A stretch of DNA of 64,000 nucleotides, from contig CAWKAR010000025.1 of the NCBI GenBank assembly GCA_963847625.1, forward strand, positions 1 through 64,000, read 5' to 3'. The stretch's first letter is position 1. Each line of letters opens with the position of its first letter. The notes under the pieces are model-generated. The model was given only the letters and a program-made list of their open reading frames with translations, was not told where the DNA came from and made no database searches. The stretch comes from a candidate division FCPU426 bacterium. GTDB lineage: Bacteria > Oederibacteriota > Muellerivitia > Muellerivitales > Muellerivitaceae. The position numbers and the translations under genes are program-made. Of this stretch, positions 43,584 through 53,328 are shown piece by piece.

Positions 43584-44234
43584 TTAAACCGGCTTGCGAT
43601 GCTGGTCAACCCAGTAACCCCAGGCTACAAATAACCATTGGGCCATTCCAATCCAGGGTATGACGGCAGGATTGGCTGGTGGGTGGGCCAAAATACTGCC
43701 CAAAAATAAAATGACGAGGAGGGAAACCAGGGTCCAAAGCCCGGTGCTGCCGATCTTGTCCTTGGCCTTGGTCGAAAGAAGGTAAAGTTCAAACCCGATG
43801 ATGAAAAGGGTCGCTTCAATTGCGATGGATAAAAAAGGAGAATTCCACGCCCCTAGCCCCCATTGGGGTCCGCCTTGGAGGAATAACGGCAGGTCCGGCC
43901 GGTGCACGATGAGGTCCAAGACCCAATGGCTGACCACCACCCCTCCCAGCACCCAAGAAAGTTTCGAATTGTTCCGGAGGGCCAGGTAAATCAACCCCCA
44001 AGCCGCGGCCCAAACCAACGTCATCAGCAAACTGTGACTTAGCGGATAATCGTAAAATTCATATGGCGATACTTTAGTGATGTTCGGGGTAATCCGGAAA
44101 TGCTCCAGGTCCAACAGGACATAAAGGGGGAAAAGAAGATCCAACCACACGGCCGCCGCGAACAATGTCCCCAAGGATATTTTGGGAGCGATTTTTTTGG
44201 CCGCGAACCCAATGGCATAATGGCCTATGAACAT
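43584..44234 (-). CDS. Membrane-bound metal-dependent hydrolase-like protein
   Basis: MFIGH, WLDLL, SHSL, SHWVLDLIVHRPDLP; multiple TM segments. Confidence 0.85.
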   Translation of the reverse strand: MFIGHYAIGFAAKKIAPKISLGTLFAAAVWLDLLFPLYVLLDLEHFRITPNITKVSPYEFYDYPLSHSLLMTLVWAAAWGLIYLALRNNSKLSWVLGGVVVSHWVLDLIVHRPDLPLFLQGGPQWGLGAWNSPFLSIAIEATLFIIGFELYLLSTKAKDKIGSTGLWTLVSLLVILFLGSILAHPPANPAVIPWIGMAQWLFVAWGYWVDQHRKPV

Positions 44235-44368
44235 GTTGAACCTCCTTGAAATGATCCACAGTAAAGGCGAAGCTTCCGAAAATGCCCTTCCCGTAATTCA
44301 CAACACTATAAACGGGGCTTGGCTGTACGGAAAGTCAAAAAATTCGAAATCCCGGCATAAACACAGCT

Positions 44369-45373
44369 TTATTTCCGGGTCAAGGTCACGATCAAGGCCG
44401 CCAAACCCACCACGAGGGCCCCGCCTGCAAGCCACTTTGAATTCAAGACCTGATCCAGGGGGCTCGCCCCCTGGTTTGAATTGGCGGATTCCATCTTGGC
44501 GATTTGCTGTTTGAGAACGCTGACATCCTGCACGTTATCTCGAAGGTCCTTATGCAGGATGTTTAAATCCTGCTCCAATTCGGTGTCCGTAATGTTTTTC
44601 TGGTTGGTTTTTTGGGCCACCTGGTCCAGGCGGTCCCCCGTTTTTTTCAGGTTTTCCCGGACTTCGTCGATGAGCTTCTTGACCAGTTTCAATTGTTCCT
44701 GGTTGTCCGCGTTGGTTCCTTTGAGGTCTTCCTGGCTTTTTTGAAGGTCTTCCTGGTTTTTATTGAGAAGATCGTACTTTTTGCCCAATTCCGTCTGGTA
44801 ATCATCGGTTTTTTTCTCCAGGTCCTTAAGACTTTTCTTCATCCCGTTGAATTCCTCCATGCTGGGCACGGGAATAGGGGTAGGTGTCGGGGTGGGTTTG
44901 GGCGCGGGGGTCTTGGTAGGCACCGCGGTTGTGGCCGGAGACGCGGCTTCACCGTTGGAAGTCAGAGCCGCAATCATTTTTTTCACCCGGTTCTCAAACT
45001 TCCAGGCTGAAACCTTCCGGGCCCGGATATCATCGGTCTTTTCCTTGAGCAGTTTCAGGATCACTTCCAAGTCCTGGGTTTGGTATTGGGAATTTCCAGG
45101 CTTGAGGCTTTTCAAGTCCACTTGTGAGAAGGCCGCGTCAATGGCGACCAAGGCGTCGGTGATATCGTCCTCCGCCAGGCTTTTCGCGGAAAGGAAGAAG
45201 TCCTTTTTATCGCCCAAATAACCGGCCTGGGCCAATTGCCGTACTTCCTGAATTTCCTCGTCCGAAGCCGAATCTGAGTCGTCTTGGGCCAGGGCCAGCT
45301 GGATCATCCGTGGGGTCAAAACAAATAAGAGGGCCAGCCAGAGGGCGATGGCTCTTTTCAGGAAGGATTTCAA
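44369..45373 (-). CDS. Hypothetical exported coiled-coil protein with C-terminal membrane anchor
   Basis: TTG start after AAAGGA; signal peptide ending ALA-Q; PT linker; long heptad region; terminal TM followed by TRK. Confidence 0.8.
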   Translation of the reverse strand: MKSFLKRAIALWLALLFVLTPRMIQLALAQDDSDSASDEEIQEVRQLAQAGYLGDKKDFFLSAKSLAEDDITDALVAIDAAFSQVDLKSLKPGNSQYQTQDLEVILKLLKEKTDDIRARKVSAWKFENRVKKMIAALTSNGEAASPATTAVPTKTPAPKPTPTPTPIPVPSMEEFNGMKKSLKDLEKKTDDYQTELGKKYDLLNKNQEDLQKSQEDLKGTNADNQEQLKLVKKLIDEVRENLKKTGDRLDQVAQKTNQKNITDTELEQDLNILHKDLRDNVQDVSVLKQQIAKMESANSNQGASPLDQVLNSKWLAGGALVVGLAALIVTLTRK

Positions 45374-45404
45374 GAAAGTTCCTTTCAAAATCTTTTTCCG
45401 GCGG

Positions 45405-45707
45405 TCATCCCGGGGTATTAGTCTTCCGGGGAGGGGCCGAAGCCTCCGGAGGCTCCTGCATTCTTGGCGCGACGTGCTTTTCATAAATATAATCCAGGTA
45501 AGATACCAACAAAAATCCCCCGCCCAAGATGAGGAAAATGAATTCCATTACACCCTGAGTGACGTCGTCCCAAACTCCGCCACAGGTAAAAAAACTAATC
45601 GCCGCCAAGACCACCAGGAACCCCCAAAAAAGCAGGTTGGCGTAAAAATAAACCTGGAATGTCGTTATTTTTTTCTCCGTCTCTTTTTGGTTTTTTCGAT
45701 TATCCAT
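45405..45707 (-). CDS. Small hypothetical membrane protein
   Basis: 100 aa with two TM segments, co-oriented downstream of pyrE. Confidence 0.7.
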   Translation of the reverse strand: MDNRKNQKETEKKITTFQVYFYANLLFWGFLVVLAAISFFTCGGVWDDVTQGVMEFIFLILGGGFLLVSYLDYIYEKHVAPRMQEPPEASAPPRKTNTPG

Positions 45708-45738
45708 CCAGCTAGCCCCATCCTTAATAATTTAAAAT

Positions 45739-46320
45739 TCAAAACTTATTTCTCGATCCCGGCTTGACTACCGGCAGGCCCTTCCGGCAAAGGGGGCAAT
45801 CCTTTTCTTCCCAGCTTTCCACCACCATGGCCACCAGGGACTTGAGGGGAACGTCGAAAGTGTTCTTCCCCCCGCTCCGGTCGATCAGGCATCCGGCCCC
45901 CACTACTTCCGCGCCCAGGGAACGGATGACTTGAATGGCCTCCTTGACCGATTTCCCAGTCGTGATGACATCCTCCACGGCGAATATCTTCTCCCCTTTT
46001 TCCACCGTGAAACCCCTTCGCAATTCCATCGTGTCGGTTTCTTTGTTTCGTTCCGTAAAAATAGCCCTCACCTTCAAAGCCCGGGCCAGTTCCTGGCCGA
46101 CCACCACGCCTCCCAGAGCCGGGGAAACCACCGCCTTCGGAGCCAGGGGCTTGGCCATTTCACCCAGGGCATTGCAAAGCTTTTCAGCGTACCAGGGATA
46201 TTGGAGCACCAAAGCGCATTGAAGATACTGGTCGCTATGCCTTCCGGAGGATAATCGAAAGTGGCCTTTCAGAAGCGCTCCTGAAGCCTCGAAGATTTCC
46301 ATGACTTCATTTTTTTCCAT
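45739..46320 (-). CDS. pyrE: Orotate phosphoribosyltransferase
   Basis: GHFRLSSGRHS..YLQCA, VEDVITTGKS, CPLC...KPGSR. Confidence 0.96.
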   Translation of the reverse strand: MEKNEVMEIFEASGALLKGHFRLSSGRHSDQYLQCALVLQYPWYAEKLCNALGEMAKPLAPKAVVSPALGGVVVGQELARALKVRAIFTERNKETDTMELRRGFTVEKGEKIFAVEDVITTGKSVKEAIQVIRSLGAEVVGAGCLIDRSGGKNTFDVPLKSLVAMVVESWEEKDCPLCRKGLPVVKPGSRNKF

Positions 46321-46340
46321 TCAAAAACCTTTGTTCATGG

Positions 46341-47159
46341 TTAAAAGAATTTCTTCATTTCTTCGACAAGCTCCTTCGCCTGCTCGCGGGCCGCGTCGGC
46401 GAAATTGTTTTCGGCGGAAGCGTAAAGGATTTGGCGCGATACATTCACCAGAATACCGTAACCGTCGGCCGCTTTTCCCTCTTTCAATACTTCCTGGAGG
46501 TCCCCACCCTGGGTTCCAACTCCCGGCACCAGGAAAACCGTCTCCGGGGCCAATTTGCGAAGTTCCTTTAGATATTGGGCTTTCGTGGCCCCAACCACCA
46601 GTCCGACCTCTCCTTTCTTACCTTGTCCCCATTGGATCGCGGTTTTCGCCACGCGCTCGTAGAGCTTTTCCCCACCATCCAACACCTGAAGTTGGAAATC
46701 AGCGGCTGAAGGATTGGAAGTCAGGCACAGGACGAAGGAACAGGTCCCTGGGTAATCCAGGAAGGGATCAATGGAATCTTTGCCCATATAAGGGGAAAGA
46801 GTCACGGCATCGGACTTCAGGAGCCCATAAAAGGCCTTGGCGTAAGCTGTGGACGTATTTCCGATATCCCCTCGTTTGGCGTCGGCGATAAATAGCGTAT
46901 CGTAAGGAATGGATTGCCGGAGCAGTTCCAGAATCTCAATCCCCTTCGGGCCGAGGGATTCGAAAAAAGCCATGTTTGGCTTGTAAGCCACCGCCAAGTC
47001 GCGGGTGGCTTCCACGATTAAACGGCAGAAGGTCAGGATGCCTTCCGTGTCCCGGGAAATATTATTCGGCATCTTAGCCAAGTCCACATCCAGTCCCACG
47101 CAAAGACAGCCGTGGGTGCGGACTATGGCGGATTTTAATCTTTCCGAGAAGGCGTTCAT
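46341..47159 (-). CDS. pyrF: Orotidine-5'-phosphate decarboxylase
   Basis: LCVGLD, YKPNMAFFE, DAKRGDIGNT, LVPGVGTQGG, NVSR. Confidence 0.97.
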   Translation of the reverse strand: MNAFSERLKSAIVRTHGCLCVGLDVDLAKMPNNISRDTEGILTFCRLIVEATRDLAVAYKPNMAFFESLGPKGIEILELLRQSIPYDTLFIADAKRGDIGNTSTAYAKAFYGLLKSDAVTLSPYMGKDSIDPFLDYPGTCSFVLCLTSNPSAADFQLQVLDGGEKLYERVAKTAIQWGQGKKGEVGLVVGATKAQYLKELRKLAPETVFLVPGVGTQGGDLQEVLKEGKAADGYGILVNVSRQILYASAENNFADAAREQAKELVEEMKKFF

Positions 47160-47425
47160 GCGGTCTCCAGGATTCTAGCTGAAAAGGGAATCAAACTGTC
47201 CAGGACATTGTAACGAATAACCATTGTCTTCGTTACGGATTTTTAACCCAACCGAAAAATTTATCTATAGGAAATGTTATGGAAAAAGGCTCGAACAATT
47301 CGTTATTGATTTAATAAATTGTTAAATGTCATGTGATACCCTGTTAATTAAAAAGTTAAAAATCACAAACATTAATATTCAGGATGAAAAGGGTAATTAA
47401 ATCGAGAGACTGAAGTTTTAATGAT

Positions 47426-48379
47426 TCATCTGACATTTTTCCAAATTTTAACAGTATCAAAATAGGTTATCGGCACGTAAATATATTTTTGGGCATCGAC
47501 TGCAATATCCCTTGGCCCGTACCAATTGCCTGATTGAGGGATACCCCAATCCCATTTGAATAATGGTTTTCCATTTGGATCAAACAAATAGACATACCAG
47601 TCAGTCACAACATAAATATAATCATCGGAATCCAAAGCCACGCCAGTGGGATAAAAATAATCTTGTAATTCTAGGTTGGATACCGTGAAGCTTTTTTGAA
47701 AAATCCCAGAAGTGTCATAAATATTAACCAATTGCCTATCATGGTCTGTGACATATATCAGGTTTTGCGTTGCGTTGAATGCCATGGAATATGCAAAAGT
47801 CATTTTCCCGGCAGTGTATCCGAAACCGCCAAAGGCAAGAGTTGTATTTCCATTAGCATCAACTTTATAGATCGTATTTGAGTCCAAGGAAAATACGTTT
47901 TTGGAGGCATCAACAAGCAAGTCATAATACGGTATTGCATATGGCGATGTTTTTGCTTGACCCATAACGGTCACGAAAGAACCATTTGGGTTAAAAATTT
48001 GTATCCGTTGAGTCCAATCCGCAACATAAACCAACCCCGTGTTATCAACGGCAATCCCAAGGGGTGTTGTAAAATAGTTATTCGTTGTGCCCAATGACCC
48101 CCAGGTAAATTCATTAGTTCCATCCAAATTAAACCGGCAAACCCTGTTGTTGTTTGAATCGGTCACGTAAAAATAACCATTCAAATTATCAACAGCGATC
48201 GAATGGGGAATATTGAATTGGCTAACACCCGCGCCCGGTGTTGCAAATGAACCGATTTGAATAAAAGGTGTCGGGGTAATTTCCTTTATGTAGGGGGATG
48301 AAGGACTTGTGGGTGAGGATGATTTACATGAAAAGATAAATAAACAAATTGATAATAAGACGGAAAAGAAAATTTTCAT
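47426..48379 (-). CDS. NHL-repeat beta-propeller lipoprotein (AT-rich)
   Basis: Lipobox IFSC; FNIPHSIAVD, FTTPLGIAVD, PTGVALD, PRDIAVD repeats. Confidence 0.88.
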   Translation of the reverse strand: MKIFFSVLLSICLFIFSCKSSSPTSPSSPYIKEITPTPFIQIGSFATPGAGVSQFNIPHSIAVDNLNGYFYVTDSNNNRVCRFNLDGTNEFTWGSLGTTNNYFTTPLGIAVDNTGLVYVADWTQRIQIFNPNGSFVTVMGQAKTSPYAIPYYDLLVDASKNVFSLDSNTIYKVDANGNTTLAFGGFGYTAGKMTFAYSMAFNATQNLIYVTDHDRQLVNIYDTSGIFQKSFTVSNLELQDYFYPTGVALDSDDYIYVVTDWYVYLFDPNGKPLFKWDWGIPQSGNWYGPRDIAVDAQKYIYVPITYFDTVKIWKNVR

Positions 48380-48526
48380 GTGAACTCCGGAGAATAATTT
48401 CCTGATGTCAAATGATTAGAATATTAATTAATTATACAGCGATCACGTGAGAGACGAGGGATGAATCCTTGAAAGACCTTATAAATCAATTGCTTTTTTT
48501 CAAAGTTCAATATTCTGATGATAACT

Positions 48527-48997
48527 TTAGTGATTATCTTTGGGCCAGCGCACAACTTCAAGTTTGACATGGGCGAGACCCGCTTCTCTCATGCCGATGG
48601 CCCGGCCGGCGGTTCTGGAAAGGTCAATGATACGTCCCCCCGCGTAGGGGCCTCGGTCATTAATACGAACCTCGGTGGTCATTCCGTTTTCTATATTGGT
48701 TACCTTGACTACGGTACCAAGGGGCAGGGTTTTGTGTGCGGCCGTGTAGGCGTACATGTCATACGCTTCTCCGCTGGCGGTTAAATGGCCGTTAAAGTCC
48801 TCCCCATACCACGAGGCCATGCCTTCCATTTCATTCTTCCAGGCATCACTTCCGGTGCTAGGGCCTGATTCCATGCTAGATCCCTCGCCGGGTCTGATTT
48901 GCTGGCGAAATGGCACGCAACCGGTAAACAGTAAAATCACCGGGAAACATAAGTTCAGGGTGATAAAAAATTTTCTAATCCACACGGAGGGCTCCAA
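48527..48997 (-). CDS. rlpA: Septal ring lytic transglycosylase RlpA-family lipoprotein
   Basis: Lipobox FTGC; GMASWYG, TASGE, TAAHKTLP, RINDRGPY, RIIDLS. Confidence 0.94.
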   Translation of the reverse strand: MEPSVWIRKFFITLNLCFPVILLFTGCVPFRQQIRPGEGSSMESGPSTGSDAWKNEMEGMASWYGEDFNGHLTASGEAYDMYAYTAAHKTLPLGTVVKVTNIENGMTTEVRINDRGPYAGGRIIDLSRTAGRAIGMREAGLAHVKLEVVRWPKDNH

Positions 48998-49913
48998 TGA
49001 GTTCCTGGATGTCCTTTACGCCATTTTCGATCATGTATTCTTTAATTCCTTCCACCACGCTGACGGCCGCATCAGGTTTGAGGTAATTGGCTGTTCCAAC
49101 CGCGACAGCAGTAGCCCCGGCCAAAAGGTATTCCACCGCGTCCTCGCCCGTCACGATGCCGCCCATTCCAACGATGGGGACCTTTACTACCTGCCGAATC
49201 TGGTAAACCACGCGGAGCCCGATGGGCTTGATCGCCGGGCCCGACAATCCTCCGGTTACGGTCTTCAAAATGGGCTTTCTTTTCTTGGTGTCGATGGCCA
49301 TTCCCACGACGGTGTTGATGGCCGACAAGGCATCCGTTCCTGATTCAACGCAGGCCTTGGCGATGGTCTGGACACTGGTCACATTGGGGGATAGTTTGGT
49401 GATGAGAGTATGGGTGGTGGCTTTTCTCACCGCCGAAACCACCCGTGAAGCCGCCTCGGGATTGGACCCGAACTCAATCCCACCTTCCTTGACGTTGGGG
49501 CAGGAAATGTTGATTTCCAGGGCGCCGATCCCCGGTTGGCCCTCAAGTCTTTTAGCCAATTCAGCGTATTCCTCCACCGTGCAGCCGTTGATGTTTACCA
49601 CCACCGGCACCCCCGCCTTCCTCAGGAAAGGCATTTTCTCCGATAAAAATTTCTCCACTCCCACGTTTTGGAGGCCGATGGCGTTCAACATTCCCGCGGG
49701 CGTTTCCGCCATGCGGACCGTGGGGTTTCCCTCCCGGGGTTCCAGGGTGGTTCCTTTCACGGCCACGGCCCCAAGCCGGTTCAAGGGATAAAATTTCGAA
49801 ATTTCCTCCCCATAACCAAAACAGCCCGAGGCCGCCATGACCGGGTTGGCCATTTTTAATTTCCCGATGGTCACGGCCATCTTAGGTTGGAACGGCTTTG
49901 CTTTTGGTTTCAT
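48975..49913 (-). CDS. pyrD: Dihydroorotate dehydrogenase family 1B, catalytic subunit
   Basis: NPVMAASG, EINISCPNV, KLSPNVT, GGLSGPAIKP; paired with pyrK. Confidence 0.96.
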   Translation of the reverse strand: MKPKAKPFQPKMAVTIGKLKMANPVMAASGCFGYGEEISKFYPLNRLGAVAVKGTTLEPREGNPTVRMAETPAGMLNAIGLQNVGVEKFLSEKMPFLRKAGVPVVVNINGCTVEEYAELAKRLEGQPGIGALEINISCPNVKEGGIEFGSNPEAASRVVSAVRKATTHTLITKLSPNVTSVQTIAKACVESGTDALSAINTVVGMAIDTKKRKPILKTVTGGLSGPAIKPIGLRVVYQIRQVVKVPIVGMGGIVTGEDAVEYLLAGATAVAVGTANYLKPDAAVSVVEGIKEYMIENGVKDIQELIGALRVD

Positions 49914-49929
49914 GCCTTCCGCCGATTCC

Positions 49930-50763
49930 TCATTTAATATTCTCCCAATCCATCTTCGAGGCCTCAAAGACCGGCCCCTCGTTACAGGTCCGGATCATGC
50001 GGAATGGCCCCGATTCCTGTTTCATGGGACACACGCAGGTCAGGCAAATCCCCAGGCCGCAACCCATGTGCTCCTCCCAGGATAAATAGGCGGGTAATCC
50101 GTGTTTTTGGGCGGTCTTGGCCACGGCCTTGAACATGGGCCGGGGGCCGCAGGCATGAATGACCGTGCCGGGCTTGGTTTTTCCCTCCGCCAAATAATCC
50201 TCCAGGATTTGGATGACAAAACCCTTCGCGCCCTTGGAACCGTCATCGGTGGCCAATTGCAGGGGCACCTTCAATTTTTGAAAGACCTCCAGGTCCACCA
50301 GATCCTCCGCCGTCCTGGCCCCTAAAAAAACAACCTGGGGAACCTTTTTCTTTTTTAAATATTCCGAAAGAAAAACGAGGGGGGCGATGCCGATGCCGCC
50401 CCCGACCATAAGGGCGGGATGGTGGACATCCAAGTTGGGAAAGGGATGTCCCAGGGGCCCCAGGACGCTGATCATGCTTCCGGGTTTCAGTTCCGCCATG
50501 AGGCGGGTCCCCCGCCTTACCACCGCGTAAAGGATTTCCACCCGGGGCCTGGCCTTGGGGCCCGGCAGGAGACGGGCGATGGAAAAGGGGCGCCGCAAGA
50601 GCGGGTCAAACCCTTCCGAAATCCGTAGGCTGACGAATTGACCGGGTAAAGCGTTGGAAAGGGTGCCGTTGTCCTGGAACACCAAACGGCGGTAATTCCC
50701 GAGGGGGTGGTTTTCCAATACCGGGGCCAGGTAATCCTTGGGGCTTGTTCTCGAGGGACTCAC
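49930..50763 (-). CDS. pyrK: Dihydroorotate dehydrogenase electron-transfer subunit
   Basis: PGQFV, LLRRPFS, GPLGHPF, GGGIGIAP, ACGP, MGCGLGICLTC. GTG start overlaps the rmlC stop (GTGA). Confidence 0.95.
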   Translation of the reverse strand: MSPSRTSPKDYLAPVLENHPLGNYRRLVFQDNGTLSNALPGQFVSLRISEGFDPLLRRPFSIARLLPGPKARPRVEILYAVVRRGTRLMAELKPGSMISVLGPLGHPFPNLDVHHPALMVGGGIGIAPLVFLSEYLKKKKVPQVVFLGARTAEDLVDLEVFQKLKVPLQLATDDGSKGAKGFVIQILEDYLAEGKTKPGTVIHACGPRPMFKAVAKTAQKHGLPAYLSWEEHMGCGLGICLTCVCPMKQESGPFRMIRTCNEGPVFEASKMDWENIK

Positions 50764-51308
50764 TTCCACTTCCCCTTCATCTCTTTCCAGGAGGGCAAGT
50801 GCTGGTCCTTCTCGGAGAGGATCGGGTTCTTCAAGGGCCAGGCGATGGCAAGGTCCGGGTCGTTCCAGCGCACGCCCGCTTGGTCGTCGGGGACGTAGAC
50901 ATCCGAGCATTTATAGTGAACCAAAGCCGTTTCCGACAAGATGCAATAGCCGTGCAGTAATCCCTTGGGAATGAAGAGTTGGCGGAGATTGTCACCCGTT
51001 AAGGTGACCCCATACCATTTGCCGAAGGTTGCGGAACCGGGCCGGGCGTCCACGACCACATCGTAAATTTCCCCCGACAGGGCCCTAACCACCTTGGCTT
51101 GGGACCGCCTCAACTGGGTGTGCAAACCGCGCAATACCCCTTTGGAGGATAAGGCCTGATTGTCCTGCACGAATTGACAGCTTACCCCGGCGGCCTGGAA
51201 CCTTTCCCGGTGGTAGGTTTCGGCTAAATAACCCCGGTCATCCCGGAATGCCTTGGGTTCAAGGACAAGCACCCCTTCCAGCGGGGTCTTTTCTACTTTC
51301 AGGCTCAT
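50760..51308 (-). CDS. rmlC: dTDP-4-dehydrorhamnose 3,5-epimerase
   Basis: FRDDRG, FVQDN, GVLRGLH, WNDPDLAIAWP, LSEKD. Start at MSLKVEK overlaps the rmlA stop. Confidence 0.96.
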   Translation of the reverse strand: MSLKVEKTPLEGVLVLEPKAFRDDRGYLAETYHRERFQAAGVSCQFVQDNQALSSKGVLRGLHTQLRRSQAKVVRALSGEIYDVVVDARPGSATFGKWYGVTLTGDNLRQLFIPKGLLHGYCILSETALVHYKCSDVYVPDDQAGVRWNDPDLAIAWPLKNPILSEKDQHLPSWKEMKGKWK

Positions 51309-52180
51309 TCGCCTTTCTCCAGCAACGATTTCAAGTATTGGCCGTAATCGCTTTTTCCCAAGGCCGCCGCTTGCCGTTTTATGTCCGCCTCGCCGATCAA
51401 ACCCAGCCGGAAAGCCACTTCCTCGGGACAGCAAACCATTAAACCCTGCCGTTCCTCGAGGGCCTGGATGAACAGACTGGCTTGAAGCATGGCATTGGGC
51501 GTCCCAGTGTCCAGCCATGCCACCCCTCGGCCCAGTTTTTCAACCCGCAATTCCCCTGATTTAAGGTATTCCTTGTTCAAGTCCGTGATTTCCAACTCTC
51601 CCCGTGCCGAAGGCTTGAGCCGGGCGGCCCGCTCAGGCGCGGATCCGTCGTAAAGGTAAAGCCCCGTCACGGCCCAGGGGGACGGGGCAATCGCGGGTTT
51701 TTCAAGGATGTCACGGATCTTTCCGGAAGAGTCGAATTCAATGACGCCGTAACGTTGGGGGTCCTTGACCTGGTAAGCGAAAACTGTGGCGCCCTTATCG
51801 GCTTTTTTTGCCGCGCCATTTAAATACTCAGGCAAACCTTGCCCATAGAACACGTTATCCCCCAAGGCCAAAGCGCAGGAATCCCCAGCCAAAAAATCCC
51901 GTCCTATCAAAAGAGCCTGGGAAATGCCCTTGGGTTCTGCCTGGACCGCCCAGATGAACTTGATCCCCAGCCAGGACCCGTCTCCCAGAAGACGCTGGAA
52001 ACCCGATTGGTCCTCGGGTGTAGTAATAATCATGATTTTTTTCACTCCGGTCCAAAGAAGCGTGGACAGGGGGTAATAGACCATGGGTTTGTCGTAAAGG
52101 GGCAGGAGTTGTTTGGAGACCCCCTTGGTGACGGGATGCAGGCGCGTCCCGGCTCCTCCCGCTAAAAGAATACCTTTCAT
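51305..52180 (-). CDS. rmlA: Glucose-1-phosphate thymidylyltransferase
   Basis: LAGGAGTRLHP, SKQLLPLYDKPM, KPSARGELEITD, AWLDTGT. Confidence 0.97.
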   Translation of the reverse strand: MKGILLAGGAGTRLHPVTKGVSKQLLPLYDKPMVYYPLSTLLWTGVKKIMIITTPEDQSGFQRLLGDGSWLGIKFIWAVQAEPKGISQALLIGRDFLAGDSCALALGDNVFYGQGLPEYLNGAAKKADKGATVFAYQVKDPQRYGVIEFDSSGKIRDILEKPAIAPSPWAVTGLYLYDGSAPERAARLKPSARGELEITDLNKEYLKSGELRVEKLGRGVAWLDTGTPNAMLQASLFIQALEERQGLMVCCPEEVAFRLGLIGEADIKRQAAALGKSDYGQYLKSLLEKGE

Positions 52181-53259
52181 TTCTTTCCTCCGATGGAAGT
52201 TTGCGTCAGGCCCAAACGTTCACGGTTGTAATTGTTTTTCTGCACGGCCGAGCACCAGTCCAAGTGATCCAAGTACCATTTCACGGTTTCCCGGAGACCC
52301 TGTTCCAGGGTCCGGCGGGGTTTCCAGCCCAGTTCCCTTTCAGCCAGGGAGGGGTCGATGGCGTAGCGCCGGTCGTGCCCCGGGCGGTCCTTCACGAATC
52401 GGATCAGGTCCTTGTAGCTTTTAGCTCCTTTTTCAACCAGGGAGCGGTTATTTTTCGCGGGCTTGATTTCCTCCAGGGTGGTTAACACGGTTCCCAGCAG
52501 TTCCAGGTTGGTGCGTTCCGACCTGGCCCCGAACAGGTAATGCGCCCCCAGCCTTCCCTTTAATAGCGCGGTCATGATGCCTTCACAGTGATCCTCCACG
52601 TGGATCCAATCCCTGACCTGCAGTCCATCGCCGTAAACAGGAAGTTCCTTGCCCTCCAGGGCGTTGAGAATCATAAGGGGAATCAGTTTTTCAGGGAACT
52701 GGTAGGGTCCGTAGTTGTTGGAGCAGTTGGTAATGATGACGGGGAACCCGTAGGTCTCATGGTAAGCTCGCGCCAGGTGGTCAGCCCCGGCCTTGCTGGC
52801 GGAATAGGGGGAATTGGGGGAATAGGGGCTTTTCTCGGTAAAGGCCCCCGTGAGCCCTAAGGCCCCAAAAACCTCGTCGGTGGAGATGAGGACAAACTTG
52901 AATCCTGGGGGCAACCCCGTCGCCCTTTTGCAGGCTTCCATCAACTCGAAGGTACCCATGATGTTGGTGATAAGGAAACGGGAGGGGTCGTCGATGGAGC
53001 GATCCACGTGGGTCTCGGCCGCGAAATGGACCACCGCGGAGGGTTTTTGTTTTTCCACCAATTCCCGGACCAATTTGCGGTCGGAGATATCGCCCTTGAT
53101 GAAAGTAAACCCGGGTTTGTTTCGAACGTCGTCCAAGGTGGTTTCGTTGCTGGCGTAGGTCAAAAGGTCCAGGACCAGCGCCTCGTGGCCGGCTTCCAAG
53201 GTTTTCCGGACGAAACAGGACCCGATGAATCCCGCGCCGCCCGTGATGAGAATTTTCAT
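52177..53259 (-). CDS. rmlB: dTDP-glucose 4,6-dehydratase
   Basis: TGGAGFIGS, AAETHVDRSI, STDEVFG, YSASK, DRPGHDRRY. Confidence 0.97.
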   Translation of the reverse strand: MKILITGGAGFIGSCFVRKTLEAGHEALVLDLLTYASNETTLDDVRNKPGFTFIKGDISDRKLVRELVEKQKPSAVVHFAAETHVDRSIDDPSRFLITNIMGTFELMEACKRATGLPPGFKFVLISTDEVFGALGLTGAFTEKSPYSPNSPYSASKAGADHLARAYHETYGFPVIITNCSNNYGPYQFPEKLIPLMILNALEGKELPVYGDGLQVRDWIHVEDHCEGIMTALLKGRLGAHYLFGARSERTNLELLGTVLTTLEEIKPAKNNRSLVEKGAKSYKDLIRFVKDRPGHDRRYAIDPSLAERELGWKPRRTLEQGLRETVKWYLDHLDWCSAVQKNNYNRERLGLTQTSIGGKK

Positions 53260-53328
53260 GTTCTTTCCCAATGACTCATATTCCAACTAGTTTATCAATA
53301 ACAGGCGGTTGAAAAACTAAAAATTGAT

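Noticed and set aside
47160..47240. PyrR attenuator upstream of pyrF
   Set aside because: The PyrR-binding loop consensus is not evident; only a short inverted repeat.
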